Assembly: GCA_002269645.1 (NCBI GenBank)
Contig: NIVC01002559.1
Coordinates: 97,640 to 161,639 of the forward strand
Length of the DNA stretch: 64,000 nucleotides
Direction: 5' to 3'
DNA from: Macrostomum lignano
Taxonomy: Eukaryota
Part shown: piece after piece, positions 12,401-20,933 of the stretch
Layout of the letters: every line of letters begins with the position of its first letter
How positions within the stretch are numbered: position 1 is the first letter of the stretch
Translations under genes and position numbers: made by a program
The notes under the pieces: model-generated
The model's input: only the letters and a program-made list of their open reading frames with translations
Told to the model about the DNA's origin: nothing
Database searches by the model: none

Positions 12401-12882
12401 AAACAGCTGTCTGAGAACTAAAGTTTAGATAGAATGAAGATTAGGAGAATGTGAGCATAGGTTTAAATAAAAACGATAGCAACTAGACTAGCTTAAGTCT
12501 AATATTGTACAATTTTGAACAAACAGATAAAAATACTAAAACAGCTTTACTTACTCTATCTGAAGCTGATTGGCATCGAAATACAAATTAATTGGTAGGC
12601 CATCTAGTGATGTGCCCCGAAGCTCAGTTTTTATACGGTCTTGAAACTTCACAGCAGTTTCAATAAAGTTACTGCTTTTTGCTTTCATGCAAAATTCTGT
12701 GGCATGGGCGGCACTTGCAAATGAAATAACAAAGCGAAGAGCAAACTTTATTAGATCATTATGAATTTGATGGTCAATAGAGAAGTCTTCAGTAACAGCG
12801 ACATTATTAATAAAGATGGAAAAGACAGCAGCCAACTTCTCTTGATTTTGAGAAATCCTTTGTCTAAAGGACTCTGCTTCGG
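1..12882 (-). CDS. RNF213: RNF213/mysterin-like giant AAA+ ATPase (E3 ligase family), multi-exon and partial: the first exon(s) were not identified and the C-terminal part lies beyond the left edge
   Basis: Exons read by hand: 12555-12882, 12018-12417, 11637-11690, 9127-11021, 7359-9024, 6714-7277, 4472-6052, 3038-3817, 2508-2857, 1095-1653, 1-491. All are joined by GT-AG introns with matching phases (8,668 nt). Motifs typical of the RNF213 dynein-like AAA ring: SERAGCGKT, IIGETGCGKT, WLFLDEINT, FLVGKPGCSKS, VVLLDEIG, LSNWALDPAKMNR, FHGLRDYY, SLYDMLNQNY, FLNRFEKQ. The symbol denotes family homology, not proven orthology. Confidence 0.9.
614..942. repeat. Intronic imperfect inverted repeat (about 40-bp arms)
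   Basis: 614-655 TTCGGTCCCGATTTCTCTACGCCAACCCCTTTTATTT matches the reverse complement of about 900-942. Confidence 0.7.
1095..1653 (-). CDS. RNF213: RNF213-like exon (Walker B VVLLDEIG)
   Basis: Acceptor ctcgcag|C and donor AAG|gtttgc; contains VVLLDEIG, LSNWALDPAKMNR and FHGLRDYY. Confidence 0.9.
1685..2070. repeat. Degenerate intronic minisatellite built on AAGCATCCCGGATGxAATACTA
   Basis: The motif recurs near 1688, 1768, 1845, 1928 and 1965, with CACTGATCATTGATC sub-repeats between copies. Confidence 0.6.
2508..2857 (-). CDS. RNF213: RNF213-like exon (Walker A VGKPGCSKS)
   Basis: Acceptor atacag|AAA and donor CG|gtaaat; contains PVFLVGKPGCSKS and YQGSEASTSEGI. Confidence 0.9.
3038..3817 (-). 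CDS. RNF213: RNF213-like exon (Walker B LFLDEINT)
   Basis: Acceptor actcag|GTA and donor GAG|gtaagc; contains LNFHAGTT, LFLDEINT, AASNPYR and SLRDVRR. Confidence 0.9.
3985..4325. repeat. Intronic polypyrimidine (CT-rich) low-complexity tract
   Basis: About 340 bp of almost pure C/T; it produces several spurious ORFs in the track. Confidence 0.9.
4472..6052 (-). CDS. RNF213: RNF213-like exon (SERAGCGKT and GETGCGKT P-loops)
   Basis: Acceptor tttacag|ACT and donor AAA|gtaagc; 527 open codons. Confidence 0.9.
6126..6345. repeat. Intronic imperfect inverted repeat (about 40-bp arms)
   Basis: 6129-6168 GCGTCCCAGAGTCACGTGCGTCACCCCAGAGTCGTTGCAG matches the reverse complement of 6302-6341. Confidence 0.65.
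6714..7277 (-). CDS. RNF213: RNF213-like exon
   Basis: Acceptor ttcccag|GTG and donor CAG|gtgagt; phase 0 at both ends. Confidence 0.8.
7359..9024 (-). CDS. RNF213: RNF213-like exon (helical N-arm/stalk region)
   Basis: Acceptor ttttag|G (phase 2) and donor AGG|gtaagt; the frame is open throughout. Confidence 0.82.
9127..11021 (-). CDS. RNF213: RNF213-like exon (N-arm region)
   Basis: Acceptor ttctcag|AAG and donor AG|gtaaat; the phase matches both neighbouring exons. Confidence 0.8.
11637..11690 (-). CDS. RNF213: RNF213-like 54-nt exon VLWIEEYEQLPVEAQAGY
   Basis: Acceptor cttttag|GTC and donor TAT|gtaagt; phase 0 at both ends, linking the repeat exon to the 11021 exon. Confidence 0.75.
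12018..12417 (-). CDS. RNF213: RNF213-like exon encoding 12 tandem NQPVQTGT(P/L) repeats
   Basis: Acceptor ctttag|T completes GA| from the upstream exon; donor AAG|gtaaat is phase 0. The 400 nt equal 1 nt plus 133 codons with no stop. The repeat unit is 27 bp. Confidence 0.78.
12058..12398. repeat. 27-bp tandem repeat, 12 units plus one 12-bp partial unit (coding, minus strand)
   Basis: Unit GGAGTCCCTGTCTGGACTGGCTGATTT, near-identical copies. Confidence 0.95.
12555..12882 (-). CDS. RNF213: RNF213-like most 5' exon identified
   Basis: Acceptor ccctacag|CC (phase 1) and donor GA|gtaagt; reads EAESFRQRISQNQEKLAAVFSIF...NQLQI. Confidence 0.72.
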
Positions 12883-14463
12883 CTGTAGGGCAGGAAGGAA
12901 AAACTAAAAAATGGATCAGAACAAGGAATACAAGATTTTGATTGAAATAAAAGTTTTTGAAATGAATAAAACATCCTATTTATTATTAAAACAACATATC
13001 CAACTGCCAGCTAACTTAGCTGATCTAGCTAGTATAACTTATGGCAGTGGCATTGTTAGTAGACCTAGGGTAGGCCTAATATGCAAAATTGACAACAATT
13101 TTGACATTTTTTGAAAAACCTTTTTTCAACAAGATTTGACAAATTCTTATTTTGATATTTCAAAGATTATTTACTATTAATAGTAAAATATTATTTTTGG
13201 CAAGACTAAAATATATGGCTACTAAAATTTTAAGGATCTATAAATGATCTATCAGATACATGGCTTCAACTTTAGTATGAAATTTTTGCACAAAAATTCC
13301 AATGTGTTTTGATGTTCAGGAAAAAATATCAAAAAATGCATAGCACAAAACATTGCAACAAAAATTTGTCAATTATTTTGCAATTATTTGTGTAAAATTT
13401 GTGTGCTTGCACACAGAAGATGCAATGCAGAGCACTATTGAACTATTGAAAACACTGATTTTATTGTATTAATTGGAAATATAATCAAATTATATACATT
13501 TTTACTTTTTGCATGATTTATTATAGTAATGCCTTTAATAATGTTTATTCTATTTTTTTTACCAATTTTGATTTAATCATATTTAAATGACCTATCTTTC
13601 TTTGCAGGCTTTTTAGTACATTTTAGTCATAATACTTTGTTAATTTATTTTTGTAGCATTTAGAACTCTATTTCTTAATATACTTTTAAGATCTATTTTT
13701 ATTGATTTATCATCTTTTTAATTAATCATGACCATTTTTTAGATAATGTCTTACCATGTCATCAGCATAAATTTTAATCTATTTTGGGCATATAAAAAAT
13801 CTAAGGAGCAGGCGCCTAACTAACATCATCTACATTAATTTTAAGAGCTAATAGATTAGCAGGCATATATTTATTTATCGAAACACTGAGAGCTAAAGTA
13901 ATAAATAAAGTGTCCCATAACGTACCAAGAAACAGTTTTAATTGCGTCTTCATATCCATGAAAAAAATTTATATTCTGATATAACATTACATCATATAGT
14001 TACTCTGATAAGATTGTTCAACATGTTCTATTCAATTTTAAACCAAGTTGTCTGAAAACGAAAAACGAAAATTTATTTTAAAAGCGTGCTTTTTCCAATT
14101 CGCTATTAATCAATAGGCGCTGAATTGTTGATTACAAAGATTTGAATGTACTGTTTAACAATGAGAAATTTGAATACTAATTGCTAAGTACCGTCCAAAT
14201 TTAATTTGAAAACAATAACTTGATATCTTTGTTCAACAGCAAATAACACCGTTACAATTAGCTACCAGAAAAAATCTCTGATTAAAGAAGAATTAAAAGC
14301 ATTGCACACCTTAAATCAGTGAAAGTATTAGCCAGGTTCGTTTAATCATACTTTCCAGATTTTTTGGATAATAACCTCCTGCATTATACTCTCTCTGGAT
14401 ACTATACGAGCTATCCACATGCAGATTGCGCCTCTTCGGTTAAACATGCGAGTACCTTCCTTT

Positions 14464-15276
14464 TGATGAGGACGCAAGTGCTTTTTTCCAAATTTCACGC
14501 TCGCACATGGGTTTCAAACTTGCTAGCCTACTAACAGCAGGTTATGGGCGTTTTTCTCCCTTTTTTGTAATTTTTCTAGAATTCATACTAGTAGGACTTC
14601 TGTAGCTATAGTAATCTGCCATAATTGTAGTTATAGTAACATAAGCGCTGTTTTTTGCTGCTTTTGGGTCATAAATCATTGCGTCTGAGCTGGTCTGACA
14701 GCCACCTGCGCCTCACTCAATGCGGAGGCTGGCGCCAGATGGTCTGAGAGGATGCGGGCGGTTGCATTTTTCTCATCATTTTGACAGGCCATCAAGATTT
14801 ATGAGGTCAGGGCCTATTGTTCGTGGTCACTCAAGCGTGAGACAGCTTTGACAGCTATGCGTTTTGCCCCTAAAAGTATGTTGGGATTAGCGATTAGCGA
14901 TTTATCTTCATTATCTCCACTTTCTACTTAATAAGAGCTTTCTAATGTATATTTTTTCATTAATTTTGTCATTTCTACGCGAAAGGTCATAAATCATTAT
15001 GTAGCGATTTTGAGTGATTTATGACCGCACCTGTCGTATTTTTATGGCCCCGAGGGAACTGATAGGATCTCTTGGTCACGTGAGTTTGGGTGGCAACAAG
15101 TTGTCTCTCGCTGTCCCTCTCTTAGCTATAGGACGCCTAGACTGCTCGCCACAGATCAAGCTACCATGGGGCTGACCATCTGACAGGAGTGGGGGGCCAG
15201 GACTCTAATGGATTCATTTCTGAGACCTGAGGCCCGAAGGGTTCCCGACAGGGGCCGAAAACGCCGAAACCCATCA
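14464..15276 (+). repeat. Left arm of a large inverted repeat (unclassified interspersed element)
   Basis: 14464-15100 is the reverse complement of 17893-18517, and 15101-15276 of 16534-16688. The copies are diverged, roughly 80% identical by eye. Confidence 0.85.
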
Positions 15277-16533
15277 CTTTGATTAATATATCCGGATTCT
15301 TGTGTACATGTACCTTTGAACTGAAATACTTTTATAGTGTGGGTTTCGGCTCTCTATCGGATCTGCCTCCGAATATTCTAAGATTAGGCAAAAAGCGGCA
15401 AGTCCGACTCAATGTTTTCCTGCGGTGTTATTCCTTCTCTTTGGATGTTATATTTCGATCTACTTCACCGGTGATGTTCACACAAAATACAAATGATGTA
15501 ATTGCTTCCTAAATACGAAGTTGTGAAGCAGTCAAGAACAGAATGTATAACGATACTTATCGGTACTTTCGGCTGATCGGGTATCCGAGGCTAATGCCTG
15601 TATTTGTTCGTCGATCGGGTGCGGACTGTAGATTTAGTTGTCTTTATTTTATCGATATCTTTGGTTTCTATGCTAGTGAGTCGGAAGTAGAAGAAAAGGA
15701 CAATGGGTCTGCGAGATTGCGAGGGGGCGAGGGTCTAAGGACTGCTTCGTACTTTCGTGCATTAAAATACAGCGCGATGTTAGGCTGCTATTGGTAGCCT
15801 GCGTTTAGCGAATCAGCAGATGGAAGTGCATAGATGGAGTTTTGTACTAAACGCATACGGTGGAAATGGCTACATTTCATAACCATTAATTTTACATCCA
15901 GTCTAAAGACTTTAAGCTAAAGCTAGGTTAGCCTTTACCCTAATCCAGTACACTATCACGCAAATTTTTTGCTTTCCTATCTAACTTTCCTAGCATTTTA
16001 GCATTTAATAAGTTTAGAGCCATATATAAATTAAGCTGCCTTATTACATGTAACTCTATGTTAGCTGAAGAAATGTGAATATGTTTGCCCAAATGACAAA
16101 AGCAGAACGCGAACGGACAAAAAACTCAATTTAGGAGAGCGCGAACCATGCAGAGTTTGCATAATTAGTTTTGGCTTATACCTACCAATACGTACAATAT
16201 GACTACCATAATGTACGTAGTAGAATGCTAATCTTCCCTGCGCACAAGAATCCGTCCTTTTAGTGGCGTCGTCTCCGGGGGAAACAGGGGGCCATGTCCC
16301 CCAGTAAAAGCCATGAGGGACATGCCAATGTTTTGTCCCCAACGCTTCACCTTGTGACCCGTTATATTTCCATATGGAAATCAATGATTTTGCTTTTGAG
16401 GGCGCCAAAATGGGTACCTATAGCGCCAAAATGAGTGCTAACAATAACAACAACCATTCCCAAAATAATTTAGGAATTTAGTCCTCTTAGCTGCTTTGTC
16501 CCTACCATAAAATCCATGTCGATGCACTGCGTC

Positions 16534-18517
16534 TGATGGGTTTCGGCCTTTTAGGCTTCTTGGAAAGCCTCCGGGCCTCAGGTCTCAGAAATGAATCAAT
16601 TAGAGTCCTGGCCCCCACTCCGATCAGATGGTCAGCCCCACGGTAGCAGTCTAGGTCCTATAGCTAAGAGAGGGACAGCGAGAGACAAGCAGGGAGAATT
16701 TTGAAGGTAGAGATTAGCCAATCCGCAGATCAACTAACCCGCTGACACCAGCCCGTGTGTTCTGGCTCACCAAACCGGAACTTTCGAAATCGGGCTTCCA
16801 ACTAGAAGGGGCTTAGCACTTTATACCTGCCAACTAGTGTCTTTTTGCTGTCAATCTCGAAGTCATAGCATATGTTAAGGGACACTGCTGGGACTTGATC
16901 GCATTGGCCATGCAGGTACAGGGGGACTTGTGCAGGGGATTCTTGCGGTGGTGAGCCTATGGGGTAGCTACATGTACTATTACATTGCTAAATACGAAAG
17001 GTTGTACTTTTGGCCTTAACGTGCTAACCAGCCCCACGTAGCGCTGATGATAAACTAACTCGAACTTTGGAGACCGCATGATTCATTACCTGAGCCGCTT
17101 GGCGAACCTAGAGTGCACAAAGTACATCTCTAGCGCCGATTTTGCACTATTGGCAATTTCGCTAACTGATTTGATAGATTGATCGATTGAGAATCGCCTT
17201 GCCATTGGTTCACTGTAACCGGCGCCTACTAGCTTAGCTACTCATCTGAGCCATCGGCGAATAAAGAAGTAACACCGATAAAAATAACTGACAGATTTAA
17301 CCTTCTCACTGAATTACTTCACACCTGTGGTTGAATCAGAGTGATTAGATTACTAACAGTATTATTGAATGATTTCTGCCTCAATAACAGCACTATTGAA
17401 CAAAAATGAGCAAAAGTGTACGCCTAGTCCAGCTACTGAAACAGGGGACAGATAAGGAATCACCCGATCAAGCAAGTCTAGGCAGCTTCTCACCCAACCA
17501 ATCAGAAACTCAACAGCCGGAGACCAGGTAATCCACAGTGACCGAATCGGCCTAGTGCTTCGCAGCTGTAGGCCCGGGATGATGATGTCACAGTCTTCGC
17601 AGATAGCTAGCACGTGATGATCTTAAGCTCGTCGATTGATGCCGTTGACCGGGGGATTCGTCCTTGATGATGAAGGGGGTTGTCGTAATCCGGGGATCAA
17701 TTGAGACGACGGTCGTGACTCTGGAGTAGGTCGAGTCCCATACGTGGGGTAGGCCGGTTGAGTCCGAGCGGACCAAAAACATCAGTTTATATAGCCGCCA
17801 ACTGGACTGCAATTTGTTGAAATGGAACACCTCGAAGCTGATTGGCTGAGCCGATTTGTTATAACTGACGTCGAATTTTCTGATTGGCTGAGCTTGTTGC
17901 CACCCAAACTCACGTGACCAAAAGATCCTATCAGTTCCCTCGGGGCCATAAAAATATGCCAGGTGTTGTCATAAATCACTCAAAATCGCTACATTATGAT
18001 TTATGACCTTTCGCGTAGGAATTACAAAAATTAATGAAAAATCCCATATACTAAAATATGCACTAGAAAGGTCTCAATAAGTAGAAAGTGAAGATGGCGA
18101 TAATCGCTTATCCCAAAGTACTTTTAGGGGTAAAACGCATAGCTGTCAGAGCTGTCAAACGCTTGAGTCAACAAGAACAATAGGCCCTGACCTCATAAAT
18201 CTCATGGCCTGTCAAAAAAATGAGAAAAAAGCTAACGCCCGCATCCTCTCAGACCATATGGCGCAGCCTCAACACTGAGTGAGGCGCAGGTGGCTGTCAG
18301 ACACGCTCACAAGCAATGATTTATGACCCCAAAGGTAGCGAAAACCGCGCCTATGTTATAATAACTACAAGTATGGCAAAGCATATAGCTAATATTACAA
18401 TTTTAGTTAATATTAAATTACATAAAAGGAAAAAATGCCCATAGGCTGCTCTTAGTAGGCTGACTTTTGTAACCCGTGTGCGAGCATGAGGTTTGGAAAA
18501 AAAGTGTGTCCTCATCA
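16534..18517 (-). repeat. Right arm of the large inverted repeat, with a 1.2-kb extra segment (16689-17892) absent from the left arm
   Basis: The left-arm junction TGGCAACAAG|TTGTCTCTCG is split in this copy by 16689-17892. Confidence 0.85.
17786..17892 (-). promoter_or_regulatory. Pol II promoter-like module: two CCAAT boxes, a CRE-like site and a TATA box
   Basis: On the minus strand CTCAGCCAATCAG occurs at 17880-17892 and 17838-17850 (42 bp apart), CGACGTCA at 17866-17873 and TATATAAA at 17786-17793. Confidence 0.55.
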
Positions 18518-18529
18518 CGTCTTATAATA

Positions 18530-19304
18530 TGAGTATAGCTTTTTGCAGCCCAATTGGGCTTACGCGCATTTAATTTAATCCAAGATACGTTTGCCAATGT
18601 AATGGAGCTTATTGTCTATGGTAGCAAGGCTGGCACAGCGGCATTTGATTTAGTCCAACAAGCATCAATTTGGTCCATAGCTTTATTTGCAACTGTTGCG
18701 GAGGAGCTAGATCAGCCCCAGAGTTGTGGACCATGCTAGGTTGTGGAACGAATGCCACTGGCTTGTGATCAAAGCACTCAACAGAGGTGAACACCCAAAG
18801 GACATTGCAAGGTTGCTGAATATAGAAGAAAGATGATTTACAGCATCCATCAGCGTGTTGAAACCACTTCTGGCATAGGTCGCCTGTGAAAGGTGGCAAT
18901 CGCCAAGGCAAGTTGCTAGAGACTCAGGTCTAACTGCTACTCAATGCAATTGAGACGAACCCTAACCCTTTTTGACGTTGCAGAAAATGCAGCAGCAGTT
19001 GAAGGAACCGTTCTAGTTGGTTATCAGATTTTGACTATCAGCAGAGCTCTGGAAAAGCGACTGAAATTGCTGGTACAGACGCTGACATTCCAGCGGTGCG
19101 CAACAATCCTTAGGCGGTTGCGAGAAGGCAAGAGTTTGCCATTGGCTCACAAGCATTTGGACCAAATTGATGCTTGTTGGACTAAATCAAATGCCGCTGT
19201 GCCAGCCTTTCTACCATAGACAAAAGCTCCATTACATTGGCAAACCTATCTTGGATTAAATTAAATGCGCGTAAGCCCAAATAAGCTGCAAAAAGCTATA
19301 TTCA
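18530..19304. mobile_element. Non-autonomous DNA transposon (MITE), probably Tc1/mariner-type
   Basis: About 148-bp near-perfect TIRs (18530-18677 and 19158-19304), flanked by TA at 18528-18529 and 19305-19306. No transposase ORF inside. Confidence 0.85.
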
Positions 19305-20544
19305 TACAATCATACTCATGCGTAGCTAGGGGTCATATGTGTAGATAATCGTTAAAAGCTGTTGTGTACATGTAGATCATCAAATGCAATATTTTTAGTT
19401 GCTTTAATACATTTACGAGCGCACATAATATGCATACTGCTGGCATATACAGTACAGTACCACGAATATTAAACTATATCTACCTACCTCGGCATATAGC
19501 CTACCTCGAGCTCGGTCCACCAATCAACTGGGTCCCGTCCGGCCTTCGCAAAGGCGCATCCAGAGCCCATTGCATTGAATCCCATTAAAGTACCAACTTA
19601 CATTTACATTACGCTAGGGTGAAATCGGCGGCTGCTGATCTGGATCGTTGACTCAATCAAATTAATTAAATGAACCGCTACACAAAAAAGTCTTCCGCCA
19701 TATTCGTCACATGCTGATCAGGATATTCCTAACGCAATGAAACTTCGTACATAAAGAGCAACGTATAAAGCAACAAAGTAAAGGCAACTTCAGTGACAGC
19801 GTATATGTTATGTTAGTTGCCAACCAATTTTAGCTATTACTGACTGCTGTATAAATGGATAGACATTCTGCGGTGTCTCTGAAAGCCGCCATGTGGAATG
19901 AGGTTATTTAAAGATTGCAAACTTGTTATTCAAAAATATTCATTTCTCTAAAAAGTAAAGAAGCGTTCCTCTTGCGCTGCCATCTTCATGACATTCTGCA
20001 ATAATTAGTACAAGATGTAGTATGCAATTACCTCCTTAGTGCAATTAGCTTTTCGTGTTCCTCTTTGCCCCTTTGGCTCCCGGGCTTGATCAGGAATCTA
20101 GCCGTAGCATCCTGCTCCGATGGAAGCACCGCCATTATGTGGAAGTCAGGAAAGGCCACCCAGAACTGTCAGCTGTGTGCTGATCTTGGAAGTTGTTCAA
20201 GCCGCTGGCCTCTTTGTGTGCACTCACTTCTGACAATCTCTGTTGCCGCATGAGAGAGCATGTGGAGTAACTGCGATCAGCCTTCAGCCCCGGGCAGCCT
20301 TCGACAGGAGACTCTGAGCAGGGTGACGAGTCCTTTTGGGCATTAACATCGCCGAGAGGAATTTGCGCCAATTTCGCATCTCGAAGTCGGTGGTGTCAGG
20401 AACGCTACTCATAGTAAAGCCGGCAGATAATTTAGAGAGCTCATTCAGTTAGATGCTACAACGTTGTTAATAAAATAACTAAAATATTTCATTGGAGTTG
20501 AAAACAAAACAGACAGTAAGTCTGGGGTCTGGGGGAAGGCAATT

Positions 20545-20697
20545 AGGAGGGGTGGAGTGCGCGACTGAGGAAGCAGGCGAGATTTAAGAGCCAATCAGGA
20601 AGGCAGAGAGGAAGAGAGATTGGACAGAGAGGGAAAGAAAACAGAGTAAACAGACACAAGCGCAGATGAACTGAAGAAATGACTAAGAAGGTCGCGA
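20545..20697 (+). repeat. Dispersed repeat, with a homologous inverted copy at 59240-59410
   Basis: Both copies share AGGAGGGGTGGAGTGCGCGACT...AGCCAATCAG...ACAGAGTAAAC...GAACT.AAGAAATG. Confidence 0.7.
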
Positions 20698-20837
20698 TAC
20701 GATCGATATACATGTCATCTTTTAGCCTGGATTGCAAGGTCTTTAGCAGGGCTCTAGGCTGCACGAAACTGCAGTGATCTTGACCTCAGACCGCGGCGCC
20801 AGCCGTCTTCTGCTGCCTCTTGCAGACGACACTTCCA

Positions 20838-20933
20838 TGGAGTGTCCAACTTCAACTTCACGCTGATCGTAGTAGCTCGGAACCTGTGCGTCATGCACCG
20901 AGTTGTGTACCAGGGAGGCATTTTACGGACTGC
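20838..20933 (+). pseudogene. About 95-bp fragment (TM3-ICL2) of the melatonin-receptor-like GPCR family
   Basis: GGAGTGTCCAACTTCAACTTCACGCTGATCGTAGTAGCTCGGAACCTGTGCGTCATGCACCGAG is nearly identical to the three intact paralogues. It is frameshifted afterwards and has no flanking homology. Confidence 0.85.

Noticed and set aside
12155-12421. Plus-strand ORF (ESLSGLAD)n
   Set aside because: It is the antisense shadow of the 27-bp repeat; splice sites and phases support the minus-strand NQPVQTGTP frame.
14190-14247. Candidate upstream RNF213-like exon ending TTG GAC G|gtactt (phase 1)
   Set aside because: The phase fits the 12882 acceptor, but the splice sites are weak, the sequence is AT-rich and there is no homology support.
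15215-15276. Hammerhead-like TGA-GGCC...GGCC-GAAAC in both inverted arms (Penelope-type ribozyme?)
   Set aside because: It lacks the contiguous CUGANGA core and I could not form stems I and III. An Infernal search would settle it.
20040-20415. Coding-like GC-richer segment
   Set aside because: There are multiple stops and frameshifts in all frames and no recognisable family.
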